64,000 bases of DNA, taken from contig CM052818.1 of the NCBI GenBank assembly GCA_028534125.1, positions 25,794,001 through 25,858,000 on the forward strand, given 5' to 3'. Source of the DNA: Lama glama. Its lineage: Eukaryota. A program made the translations under genes and the position numbers. Shown here piece after piece: positions 51,526 through 64,000 of the stretch (positions are counted from its first letter, which is position 1; every line of letters starts with the position of its first letter). The notes under the pieces were generated by a model, which did no database searches, was not told the origin of the DNA, and saw only the letters and a program-made list of their open reading frames with translations.

Positions 51526-53349
51526 TGTCCACATCCTGCTGTCTCCTGCCTGTCCTGGTCTGGGCATTAAGGACAACTGCCAGCCTCACACACTGTATAG
51601 GCCTAAGTAGGTTCATGTGCAGGATCACCTTGGATTTCCTTCTGCCACAGCCCTAGGAGGTGGGGGGATTGAATAATATTGTTCCCATCGGGTGCTGAGG
51701 AGACTGACCCAGAGGTCAAGCACCTCTCTCAACCTCACCTTATTGGTTAGTAATACCCTACTCAGGGCTCCTGATTTTGAAGTAACATTTGCTCCATTGA
51801 CCCACATGGAGTTAATCCCGTGTGTTGGAATCGGAGTGAGTCATGCCCAACACAGAACTCAAGGTGTCCAGTGGTTTATGACGCAGACCTTCCCATCACG
51901 ACCTGCTTACAGAATAGAATGGAGAGATCATCTCTAGGTGCTTTGGGGCTGGTGCTTAGGGTTGCAAGGACAAGACCTGGAGACCTGGCTCTCCTCAGAT
52001 GATGGATGTTGACTGCAAGGCCATGAGAGAAAGTACGGGGCCCTGGAAAGCATCTTAACAGTGGCGCAGCTGTGCCTTGTCCCAGTGCGCCCAACGCTGG
52101 CCAGGGGAGTGCCTGGGAGAAGTGGGACAGCGGCTAGTCCTCGTTCAGAGCACCCTATCTTCCAGTGGTTACTCCCACACGCTCCCTGTATGAACCTCAC
52201 ATTCATCCTCCTGACCTGGGAGGACCTGAGGGTCTGGTCACTATCGTTTAGGAAGGTCCCTTTTGGGTGGATCACCTCCCTGGTGGCAGCCTCACCTGTC
52301 CAGTGTGTGGATTGCTCTTGGTCTGGGCATCTTCTCTGTTCCAGCTGGTCCTGGGCAGGGCTGCAAGGCTGATGTCATTCAGCATGCAGGCACTATCCAG
52401 GGTAGTGCCACCAAAAGAGCCTCCTGGGCCCCTTTCCTCAGAGCAGGGCTAGGGGTTTACTAGGCAGTGACCATTGGTGGCCTATTAAACACAAAGGTAG
52501 AGAAGAGACCTTAGAAACAACCTTTTAATTTTACTGAGAGGCCAAGTTTAGAGAGTCAAGACATTGCTGAGGACCACTGAGACTGTAACAGAGTGAAAAG
52601 CAGAGCTGGCCCCTGACTCCAGGTCCAGCACCCCTCCTGCTGCCCCCTAGAGAAGTCAGGGAGGAGTCTGCCACCTGCTCTGCTGGATGCTCTCCAAGTG
52701 CTGCCCAGTAGTTAAAAAGAAAAAAAAGCAGGACTGTTTGTATTAACATTTCCATATCTTCTCTTCCCCCCGAATCCATGCTGTCTAATTTGATGCAGAC
52801 TTGGTGTGGAATGGGTGAGAAGGCATGAGGAAACCCCACACAGCAGAGCCAGGAATCTGTCTGGAAGTGGGAGAGATGTGGAAAGGCTCAAGCAGGTGGG
52901 CAGGTATCAGACACCACATGTCTTTGAGCCAGCAGCACTGCCACCCAGTGCCGCCAGGCTTCCTGGCAATGTCGGCTGTCTGCCCCCTCCCCCCCTGCCC
53001 CGGGCCTCCCTGACAACCCAGAGGGGTGATGAAGCCAGAGGCCACACTAGAACCTGCTAGGCATGGAACACCAAGTAAACAGCCCCTCGGAATTTCTCTT
53101 ACTTGAATTTCAGCTCATTTATTTGGGAGCATCTGTCCTCCCCTCTGGCTGGGGAGAGGGAGAGTGGGGGAGGGGAAGGCTAGGGTTACAGTGTCCTTCT
53201 GCCTAAAGGAGGCTGCTGGCTGAGAGGAGCGGTGGTCCCCACTCTTCCCAGCAGTTTGCTGGGGGTATTGCAAGGGCAGAGGGTGGGGAAAGGGGAGACT
53301 GAGGAGGAAGCTCATTCTCTCCCCTCACCTACTCAGCTTCTGCTTCTCT

Positions 53350-54122
53350 TAAACTGAAGCATAGTTGATTTACAATATTATATTATTTTCAGATGTATAG
53401 CATAGTGATTCAGTATTTTTGCAGATTATACTCCATTAAAAGTTATTACAAGATAATGGCTTTAATTCCCTGTACTATATAATATATCCTTGTTGCTTAT
53501 CTATTTTGTGTGCAGTAGTTTGTGTCTGTTAACTCCATGCCCCTAATTTGTCTCTCCCCCCTTCCCTCTCCCCTTTGGTAACCACGAATTTGCTTTTTAT
53601 ATCTGTGAGTCTGTTTCTCTTTTGCACATACATTCATTTGTATTATTTTTTAGATTCCACTTATAAGTGATATCATATAGTATTTGTGTTTGTCTGACTT
53701 ATTTCACTAAGCATAATATTCTCTAGGTCCATCCATGTTGCTGCAAATGGCAGAATTTCATTCTTTTTGATAGCTGAGTACATTCCATTGTGTATATGTA
53801 TACCACGTCTTCTTTATCCATTCATCTGTTGATGAGCACCTGGCTTGCTTCCGTGTCTCGGGTATTATAAATAATGCTGCTGTGACCGTTGGGGTTCATG
53901 TATCTTTCCAAATTAATGTGTTTGTTTTTCCCAGATACATACCCAGGTGTGGAATTGCTGGATCGTACGGTACTTCTATTTGTAGTTTTTTGAGGAGCCT
54001 CCATGCTGTTTTCCTTAGTAGCTGTACCAATTTATATTCCGACCAACAGTGTACAGGAGTCCCTTTTTTCCACATCCTCTCCAACACTTGTTATTTGTAG
54101 CCTTTTTGATAATGGCCATTCT
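53350..54122 (-). mobile_element. L1 3' end (artiodactyl-type)
   Basis: Antisense L1 3' UTR plus ORF2 C-terminus (ORF 53896-54087(-) ...[31 protein letters not shown]). Confidence 0.9.
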
Positions 54123-56456
54123 AAACTTCTACCTGCTTTAAACAGTAGATTCTGCCTACATTTTGTTTCGGGTGAAGATCCTGTTGCTGACACTTTTTGA
54201 GAAGCACTGATCTAATGGGAAGATGCAGGATGGGCAAGAGCAAGGTCTTAGGCTCATACCTGCCACTGGTTTCAGAGTGAACTTCATCAAGGCTGCTCAT
54301 CCCAAGGGCCAGCGCTTGGTCATTTCCACTTCAAGGAAGGTCTACCTGGGCTCTGTCCTCCCTTCCCTCTTGGGAAGGCAGTGAGGGTCACAGCCCAGGT
54401 GGGCTACCTTTCTTGGAAATGTTCTCAGTCTTCCACCTATGCTCCTTGGCCAGCCCCACAGCTCACTGCCCTCCAGGCTCCCACTCGCCTGCCATCCCAT
54501 CCCTAAAGTCTTTCTTACATGGGCTCAAAGGTATGATGCAAACTAAAAAAAAAGAGATTCAACATCAAGGTGTTATTATCATGTAGACTGACCAGGAAGA
54601 AGGAAGATTGGAGGGTAGAGAAAGGGGCTGAGGGAGAGGGGAGGGAGGGGGAGGAGGGACTCTGAGTCGTAAACCCTTCCAGGGCTACTTTTAGCAATTA
54701 ACATTTACTGTCTAGTCAAACAAGCTTCGGAGATTCAGTAGAAAGGAATGCAGAGAGTTTGAGGCAGCTCCTGCTGGCTCTGGTTAGGGAAAGTACACTA
54801 ATTAGAAGGGGGTAGGAAGCCAGAAAAGACATAATTACTCATCTGATTCCAAATGAGGCGCATTGGACCAATGGGAATCTTGCCACGGTAACGCACACTG
54901 GAAAGGTCAGGATCATCAAATGAAAACTGCAGGCAGATCAGGAGTGTCTTGTGACATTCAGCTGAAGACTGACAGGTCTCCATAAAAAGGACCAGCTCCT
55001 TTGCTGACTATTGAGTTCCCAAACGCAAGCTTGCTCTCCAGATTCCATGACGAGCATAGTACTCCACCTCCCCCGAGTGCCTCCTTGCTGTTCTGTGCAG
55101 TTATCTATTAAAGGAAAGATGACTTTTCCAAACAACATTTCCTATGTGGTAGGTGTTCAGGTGGGGAGAACGTAAGTGATGGGGAGTAATGGTGATGACG
55201 AGGAAGATAAAGATGAAATGGGGGGGGAAGACCCCAAGATATAAACAGATCAGCAAATATGGATTTTTAGAAAATAGTTTTTGGAGAATATCTATTCCCC
55301 AAAAATAGAGGTAATGGAAGGGAAAAAAAAGGTCTAATATTTCCATTAAGATTCTTAGGAACAGATGGATTTCATCCCAAGGGGATGGTAGCATGGTAAT
55401 TCAACTCCCTTGTCCCCATGACTAAAAATAAGTTTGATTAAAGAATGGAATCTTAGCACCCTGTCATCCCAGACAGCCGAGCCTTGTCCCTGGACCTGTG
55501 AGTTGAACAAGCAAGCACATTGGAGGAAAAAATGGCCTTTATAAATATTTTGACCATTATTCATCCATTATTAAGGCAGTGAGGTCAAGGACCACAGGGT
55601 CATTATTAGAACCCCACTGGGTCCTTCTCTGGCTGAATGCTTTCTGGGTGGATCAGAGTACGTGCCTGAAATGACTTGAAAGTCATCTGCCCTCTCTCAG
55701 ACCATCTGTCCACGTGTCCCTGTATCTTCAGTAGCTGGTGGCAATTTGCATGTCCTCCAGAATTTCTCAGGCTGGATCTCCAAATGCCTTCTGCACTGTT
55801 GGGAATGCCCTTCTCATCTCACAGCCTGTTCTTTCACACCATGTGTCAGTCCCATTGGTCCCACCGCGTTCCCTGCATCTGTACCAGGTGCTCGCACTGC
55901 CACAGTCGTGCGAGGGGAGCGAGCCAGTAGACAGGTGAAGCTGTCACTTCAGCAGTTTCTCAGACATGGCAAAATTATTCCAGCAAACGACAGAACCCAA
56001 AGAACATCTCCTTTATGGAGGCTGGTCAGTGGGACACATGAATCCTTAGGGGCAAGGCTTAAAGATTTCTGAACAGGGTCAAGGCCAGTACTGTGGTCAA
56101 ATGGGGCAGGAAGAGACGGCCTAGGGAGGAGGAAAAGTGAGGGCACAAATAAATCCAGAAATGCCCTGAACCAGGCCAGCGAAGGACAAATTTAACACCA
56201 GCTCATGATTGTGTGTGTGTGTGTTTGTGCATGCATCTTTAAACTACTTTTGGGATTCCCCATGTACTAAATTCTCTGAGACTTAGACATTTCAGAAAGC
56301 ATCGAATGTAGACTGCTCTGTGTTCCATTTGCCTTTTACTAGAGTTGCGCAGGTTAGGATAGTCTTTGGCCCATGTTGGTTGGCTAAAACCAAACTGCAC
56401 AGAATCCCATGAGAGATTAGGATATATTTATTTAACTGTTCCAGAATCCCCCCCCC

Positions 56457-56519
56457 CACACACACATACACATGCACACACACAAGCGTGCACACACACA
56501 CACACACATACACACACAC
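56457..56519. repeat. Imperfect (CA)n microsatellite
   Basis: Direct reading. Confidence 0.9.
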
Positions 56520-57004
56520 TCTGCAGGACTTTATTATTATCTGTATTGAGCCAGTGTTTCTGCTGTCCTGGGAAGAAGGAGGGGAGGGAGGTGTTAATGG
56601 CATCAGTATTAACGAGTTAGTATAGGTTTTTTCCAGGGTTGGCCTCTGGCACTGGAAACTGGGAAGTCAACTTAAAAGGAAAGAGAAAGACCAATTACTC
56701 TGCCATCTAGAAATCTTAGGAGATAGGCAACACAAGGTGAACTTGTATTACTGGTATCTTCAAGGCTTCCCCTTGGCTCCAGTCATGCTGGAGAACCCAG
56801 GAGAGCAGATCTCCCCCACCCTCCATGAGCCTGCGATGCCTGTGGGTGGGCTGACCCCATGGGCTGCTCCAGGAGAGAGTGAGGTCCTCATACAGCCACT
56901 GAGGACCACAGGTTGGATAATAAGGTTGTTCATGAGATAAAGCCTGATTTAGACTATGGGCTCCACCATCTGCCAGCTGTGTGATCTTGTCCATGTGCCT
57001 TCGA

Positions 57005-57062
57005 ATCTCTGGGCTTCAGTTTGCTCATGTGGTATCTCTGGGCTTCAGTTTGCTCATGTGGT
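57005..57062. repeat. Perfect 29-bp tandem duplication
   Basis: ATCTCTGGGCTTCAGTTTGCTCATGTGGT x2 within MIR-like sequence. Confidence 0.95.
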
Positions 57063-57149
57063 GCAGTGATCAGAAATTGTCTTAAGTGACATTCTGGGAA
57101 TGGAAGTCTCTAAAGAGGGTGCTTACTCCAGAAACTCTGTCCTAGACCA

Positions 57150-57590
57150 CAGTGCTGCGGGGGCTTCCTGGGAAGCAGCCTCAGATGGAGACTGGAGAGC
57201 AGGGTGCTGACTGGGGAGCGCCACTGGGGTCAACCCCTGTGGAAGTAGGTGGGGAAGGAGAACAGGAGTGGCTGGAGGCGAAGCTGGACTGTAGTGCCTG
57301 CCCAGTGAAGGCCTCCACTCGCCCACAGGGAGCTTGGGAGCTGGGCGGCCCCTCAGTTGCCTGAGGCAGGCCGAGGGAGCCTGGCCATTCTCTCCTGTGT
57401 CAATTAGTCATTGGATATGGGCTCCCCTTGGGAAGGTGTCGTGACCTTGGGTGAGGCAGTAACCTTCAACCGAGATAATCCCCAAAGACGGTTGACAGCT
57501 GAGACCTATCAGCTGACAGCAGTTCCAGCATCTGGGGGAATCAGCTTTCCATTTCTGAAGGGGCATCTGGTGGCCCGTCACAGAGTCCCC
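57150..57590 (-). mobile_element. ERVL LTR (LTR33-like)
   Basis: ggcttcctgggaagcagcctcagatggagac...agtcattggatatgggctcccc...gtgaccttgggtgaggcag, resembling an antisense LTR33. Confidence 0.6.
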
Positions 57591-58210
57591 ATGTGCTGAC
57601 TCCCTTCTGGTCCCCTTGCCCTGTAGTGCACTCCAGGCTCAGGACTGTCAGACTCCTTGGGCCTCTTGTCTCTCCTCATCCGGGCGATGATTTCTAAAAA
57701 ATCAACTTGAATGTGTTGAGCAGTTCGTATGTGCAACGTCTTCAATACTAGATACGAAGACAGATGTATAAGTTCTTATTAATTAGTTTATTTGGCTGAT
57801 TAAAAAGAATGTTTATTCATTCAAAATGCAAAAAGTTAAATATATGTTTAGAATATATTTGAAATATAATAATGTATTCTGATATTATTATTACTTTTAA
57901 ATGGAATCCCCAAGGAAAATGTTAAGACCCTTGTCATCTTTCCAAGCAAAATGAACAAATCCTCAGCCTGTTGGGAATTCAGAGACAAAAGTGGTTTTTA
58001 TGTCAGTGGAGGAAAAAAAAATCAAAGCCTGCAGCTGTCCATACTGCAGCCCTTGCTCCAGCTGCTCACATCTCTCCCTTGTCTCTGGACTTTCTCACTT
58101 TAGTGTGAGTAGTTAACTCTTAAGGAGCTGGAGCACTGATCTCAATAAACCAGTGGCTGCCTCCTGCATGTTCAGGGGAATGAACAAAGAGGGTCTTTGG
58201 TAACAGTTCT

Positions 58211-58211
<1 letters not shown>

Positions 58212-58269
<58 letters not shown>
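58212..58269. repeat. Perfect (TAT)~19 trinucleotide microsatellite
   Basis: Direct reading. Confidence 0.95.
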
Positions 58270-59750
58270 GCAAATCACAATTAAAATCGACTTAAATGGA
58301 AAGAGATGATATTGGCTTATGTGCCTAAAAAAGCTCAGATGACTTCAGGAATGGCTGGATCCAGCGGGTTAAAATGTCATCAGATCCCAGATTTTCTCTG
58401 TCTTTTGGCTTTGCCTTGTCTCAGCTGGCTTCATTCTCAGATAGGCTTTTCTGTTGCAATGGAAGAGGGGTGTGGCAACTCCAGATTTTCCAGGTTCATG
58501 CTCAGCTGGAAGGAGCAAGCTCCCTTTGCAGGAGCCTGTGCCAAACCCTGGGGGTTTGAGCAGCTTGAACAGCCCTATGTCAAGAGTCTGCCAGAGTCTA
58601 TTACTGTGGCCAGAAAAATGAGATACACTGTCATGTGCTGCATTACTAGAATCATAGATAGACCTCCTCCCCTCTCCTCTTGAACATATGGGCTGATCTA
58701 ATGAGTGAGAAGCCATAGCCAGAAGAAGGGTGTGGCAGACATAGTCGGTTGCTGTGGGTGATTTGGTGGAGTTGGAACTCCGTATCTTCCATCCTCTTCC
58801 AGTGCCTTCCTGTATTGCAAGGGATTGAGAGCTAACCATTACACCTCCTGACTCTTTTTCAGCTATAATTTCTGCTGTGACTTGATCCTGCCTATTGGAT
58901 GACCCCTTGTAAAGCTCGGATCACTGAACTGAGATGGGGCCAAGACTCCAGCAAATTCAGTTGCAGAGGTGTTTGGTTTTTGAGTAGTAGCTGTAGGGGA
59001 GACCTCAGTGCCCAGGCCCTAGCCTTGTGGATGTCAAGAGGCAGGGTGGGTCATTTGTTGAGCCAGTGTGGTCCACAGCAGACACCGTGGAGTCATGGAG
59101 CTGGGAGCAGTACTGTGGCTTCCCGAGCGTGGCCATGGCAGTGTGGTTCTTTGGTTTTCTGAGTGCAGACCAGCAGCAGCTTACTTGGTGGTCCAGTTCT
59201 GCAGGGTGACTTGAAGACTTTTTCCTGAATGCTCAACTCAGAATCTGCTTCTTCAGCCCGATTTTGTTGGCCAGTTAATACCCTAAAAACAAATTCCTTC
59301 TTCTTAGTGAGAATGAACTCCATTCTGTGCACCCAAATGCTCTCAGCAACCCTACAGCTGCCTCTTCCGTGCCACCCCCTTGCACCCCTGCCTCCCACTT
59401 CTCCCTTGCTGGCAGTGCCCACTCCCACTTTCCAGCCTCTTATGTAGCCGAGTCTGTGTTGGGCGTGTGTGTGAGGAGGGGAGCATTCTGGGATAAGTCT
59501 TCTGCCCTAATAAAAAGAGACATTTAAGAAAAATCTTCCCTCCTGCTTTTGGATGTGGTTGGGAGAGAATGTACTGTGTGATGCTGTGGCAGCCCTTGTG
59601 CATCCCTGTGGCAGCCAGTGAACCCGTGTACCACTAAATGAACTAACCTTGGCATTGGAAATTTTATGAGAATTTTCTAAATTTTCTGTTGTGTAAGCCA
59701 CTACAGCTGGGTTATATGGTTACCTGGGGCTGGAAGCGTCCTGATTACCT
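58270..59750. mobile_element. Cluster of old MaLR (MLT1-family) LTR remnants
   Basis: gacttcaggaatggctggatccag..., tgtggcagac..., tgtgtaagccactacagctgggtt...gttacctggggctggaagcgtcctgat. Boundaries uncertain. Confidence 0.45.
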
Positions 59751-62700
59751 ACCTTTCTTTCTTTCTATCTCACTGTCTTTCTCTCTCTCTCTCTCTATCT
59801 ACTGATCATCTGTCTATCTAGAGAAAATGGAGATGGGGGCTGGGGGTATACATTTCAATTCTGCTAATGCCCCTGTGGAGTTAATAGCACTTGTGGGTCT
59901 TCATTTTGGGGGAGATCCAGATATTAATCTTTTGGCTTCTTTAGTGCTGATTACATCAGGCTTGGCAGAGGGGAGGTGGTAGTGACTTCATGGCTGGTTG
60001 ACCTGCGTGGTGCCAGCCTCATACCTCCCATCCTCATTTACATTTCATGAAATAGTATAGCTCTTACTCATGTTTTTCCAAGGCTTCTTATGCCAATTTT
60101 AATGTGATTTTCATAAAAATCTTCCAGGTGGTAGGGCAGATGATATTCGTCCTGTATTTCTGATGAGAAAACTAGGACAGAGACTTAAATTGCTTGACCA
60201 ATCTCATGCAGCTAATTAAGGGAGGTACAAATTTTGTGACCCTCCTTGCTCTAGTTTTATTTCTATGGCGCCGTATTGCTGCCTCTAAACTTTGGCAAGC
60301 TGATTTGTTAGGGGGAAAAAAAGTAAGTGCTTAGAAGGGAAACAGAGCCTGTGAGTTCACTCTCTTTGTTTCCAAAGGGCAAAGGGCCCCATGAGGTTGA
60401 GACTTCATCGTTCTTAGGAAGACCTCACTGGTATCCCAGGGACCACATCGGGCTCCGCAGAGACAGCAGACCTCTTGCAAAATTGCCATGTGGCTCATTC
60501 ACAGGTAGGGACCCTCAGAAAGTGGGAGCTTTTGTAAGAGCGGTAACACTCCAGGCCGAGCAGAAGCCCCTCACGTATATACGCAGGAGAGCAGCCAGCG
60601 GGGGTCAGAACTCACAGAGGAGAGGCTGGATGGGTGGCTCTGGATCCTGTCTGTCTCCGGGGACGCTGTAGAGGGCACGACGACCTTCATTCCAGGGTCC
60701 TCCACGTGGCTTGGCCGTCCTGTATGTCTGCTGCCTTCTGTCCTGCCATTGGCTTCCTCTGTTTCTCTCCCTGATTGCTCCCTCTTGCCTTTGGCCACGT
60801 GTGACCTGTTTGGCCTCCTCTAAATCACCAGGAGAATGGGGCATTCAACAGAGCAGGGGTGCAAACAGCAGTAGGTGAAAATGAAGCTCTCGTGGTAAGA
60901 CCTGACCTAGCGAGGCTGCGTCGCAAACTGCTGTCATTGCTGTGAAAGAGGCCGAGGGGTCCAGGCCTCTGTTCTGGGTCGCTGGCTAAGCAGTCAGCTG
61001 TGGTGGTGGAGAGCGCGGCAGGAGCGCAGGGTCAGATGGTCTGACACCCAGGACCCTGGGTCCAGGCCTTTGTCAGAGGGCAGTTTCTGTAAAAGAGCTG
61101 AGGGTGGGTAGGAGCCACAAGCCCCTTCCTGGGTTCTGATCCCGACACTCTCCCAACAGTGGACTTTCTTGGGCAGCTGCGCCTTTGCCAGACTCATGGG
61201 TGAGCTTTGAGGATGCCTTGAGCTTTTCAGGACCATTGTCCTGGGTTACTCCTGCGTGTGATACGACCTCCTCCACTCTGGGGCCTTGCTTCGTTCGCCT
61301 TTACGGCCCCTGGGCCCAGCCATCTGGGTCCTGGCACGCAGGGGATGCCAGACGTTCAGCAAGTGTACAGGTGTGGTTTTGACTTCGTTTGTTTGAAGGG
61401 AGACAGATCAAAAGGAGGATTTCAAAGCCTTACTAACTTTCCTTCTAAATCCTTCCAAACCTTCCCGGCTCCTGACAGCTCCATGTTCAACATTTTCTTC
61501 CTGGTCTCTATTACTCTACATTTTGGGCTCAGCTTTGGAGGGTAGGCCACTGTGTGGTTGAGTATAAAGATCATGAAGACCCTCCTCCCTTCCTTTGTTG
61601 GCTCCCGACAAACTGTGAACCCAAATGAACACGAAACCTAATAGGGTTTGGCCACTAGATGGAATTAGACTATTTTTAGATGAACCATTTTGATATTATT
61701 CCCACCTGCTTTGCATTCATGTTTTTAATACTTCTCTGAAACTTCCATTTGTCAATATTCTGTCTCATTTAATTCCAAACTGCTGCTAAAGGTGCGATAT
61801 GAGCACCTGCCCTCTGAGTCAGGGTGGGGCCAACCGCTGATTCAGAGACCAGCTCTCTTGCTGTCGATGTATGTTAACATGCTGTTATAGCTTGCTGATC
61901 AACTTGACCAAGCTTCCTGTTTTACACAGCTAAGTGTAAAATGCAAAAGGAAGGTGGGGATATTGGAGCTCAGGAGATGCATGTTGAATGAAGAAATAAG
62001 TGACTAAGGAAATGGGGAATTAGCTTTAGCTTAGGTCCTCTGTGGCGCCTTGTCTCCCCTCTCTGGACTCCCCTTCCCTCCATTAGTGGCCTCCATGCTT
62101 GGACGCCACCTCACAGTGCCTCCTGGCCACCTTGTCTCTCCCCTGTGGCACATCACCCAGTCCAGGGTCTTATTTTCAGATGGGATTCTGGGAGATGGGA
62201 CAGTTAACCTAAAAGGAAGAAATCCTTTAAGGACAGACATCCAGGCAACGACAGACTGGCCAGAGAATGATTTTTTTGTTGGGGTGGGCCAAGGAAACCT
62301 TTCTGGGGTCCCCGCTCCGTAAGGCTGGTCCTGCATGTGGGAAACCCAAGCCCCAGGTAGTAGTAGCAGTGATACTTGTTCTCACCCAGCCCTTTGTGCA
62401 GATGAGCGAGGCAAAGGGAAACCTGAGACCCGAGAGCTGTGCCTCGTGGGGAGGGAGTAGAAGAACCAGGAAATACCAAGTGATTGGATTCCAATCTAGA
62501 TTACAGGGCCTGCCTGCAGAATTTACAGACATGTTCTAGGACTTACATGCACACATGAGGACGGTCCTGTAATGGGGGCAGATCACTCGTTTCAGTGATT
62601 CTTCCATAATTTTTCTTTTATTTTTTTATACAAAGAACAACCTGTGATTGAGAATTCCCTTCAAGTCAGTCTGGAAGACACACAAGAAAACTAGTCTCTT

Positions 62701-62782
62701 ATCTTTTCATTAAAAAAAATAAAAAGGGAGATTTCTTAGTGGGATGATGAGCCTTAGATGATCATTCTTTGCAACAAATAAC

Positions 62783-63010
62783 TTTTGAAAAACAGCTTTA
62801 TTGAGATACAGTTGATGTGCAATAAACTACACATGTTCAAGTATACATTTTGATGAGTTTTGACATATGTATACATTCATGAAACCATCACTACAATTAA
62901 GATAATAAACACATCCATCCCCCCCAAAGTTTCCTGGTGTCTCTTGTATCCCATGCCTCCCATCCCATGTCCCCACCTACCCTGTCTTATGCAGCCAGTG
63001 ATCTGCTTGT
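62783..63010 (-). mobile_element. Old L1 3' end
   Basis: aacagctttattgagatacagttga...ttgatgagttttgacatatgtatacattcatgaaaccatcactacaattaagataataaac. Confidence 0.8.
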
Positions 63011-64000
63011 AGCAAATGACATTCCATCTTTTCTAAATATCAGATTCTTTCTGAAAGGATGAAGATTTTCTTGCTCCTGGGACATGATCAGGAAGGGAGA
63101 TCCTTGAAAGAAGTCCCAATTAGTCCTCAGCAGTGGCAGCATTGTAGGAATGAATGTCTAGCTTCCGACGAAAGGATAATATTCATTTATCCTCCAAGGA
63201 AGAGATTATATCCACAATCCTGGTATGGCTTTTGAAGAATTGACCACAATATTTTATGTTTTATCTTGTATTTTATGATATTCTGTAGTTGGACTCTACT
63301 AACCCAAATTAATTGGCCAGTTCTACAACTGCATGTTGAAGCGATCATCTGTGAAAGTAATAACCCTTGTCTTTATTACAGCGGTCATTTGAGGAATTCC
63401 AAACAGCCTATGAAACATAGTTTTTATATTCTTGCTCTGTCTTCTATGAGGGAATGACTCCCTTTTCCTCGACGCTTGTTGCTTGTGCCCCGATATCCGG
63501 TCCATCTCCAGCGTGTGTCAGTTTCACCCCGTTCTTCCTGGGTCTTCTGTCAGTCTCTCAGGCAGGGCCATCTGCACGTCGCACCTGGAGGACTCCGGGC
63601 CTGTCAACGTCTTCAGCCTCCTTATTGATTCTCCTGCTTCCAGTCTCTCCCTCTTTTCATCTTCTAGGTATCAGTGGAATCTTTATAAAAGGCAAATCTG
63701 ATCATATCATTCCTCTGCTTCAAATATTAAAATTTGTGACCCTCTGATGTGGCCCCTGTCTACCTCTCTGGTGCCTCTCTCCTCAAAGCACCCTCCCACC
63801 CCACTCCATAGTGCTTTTTAGGTTGCAACCAGGAGAGATTTTAATATTATTACAGAAAGTAGGGTTTCTCCTACTTTCTCCCCAGTTCGATCCCGGTTTC
63901 CTGAGACTCACCTTCCAACCATGCCAGATAGCTTGAGGATCCCTGCCTGCACCGTCTGCCTTCTCAGCTCTGTGCCCTCGTAACTGCTATTTTCTTCTGC

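Noticed and set aside
31181..54122. Similarity between 31.2-31.8 kb and 53.4-53.9 kb as a segmental duplication
   Set aside because: Both are independent 3' ends of the same L1 subfamily, with different truncation points and unrelated flanks.

Overview
Mammalian genomic DNA, most likely a camelid (alpaca/llama/camel), judged from four tRNA-derived Vic-1-type SINEs; the species call is inference. Bases 612-5480 hold the last five coding exons of HNRNPLL (+ strand, end of RRM3, RRM4 and stop), followed by its AT-rich 3' UTR. The remaining ~57 kb is intergenic and repeat-rich (L1, MIR, MER5A, MaLR/ERV LTRs). It also carries a CpG island with a near-consensus CTCF motif (~20.9-21.3 kb) and a 5'-truncated CIDEC processed pseudogene. 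The most unusual object is a ~2.5 kb composite retro-insertion at 25694-28185. It is bounded by two inverted ~55-bp TG...CA termini and contains a full-length antisense YARS2 retrocopy. It also contains two ANP32E cDNA pieces in circularly permuted order, separated by an ERV-leader-like spacer. Gene identities come from manual translation compared with remembered human proteins. Repeat subfamily names are from memory and need RepeatMasker/Dfam confirmation.
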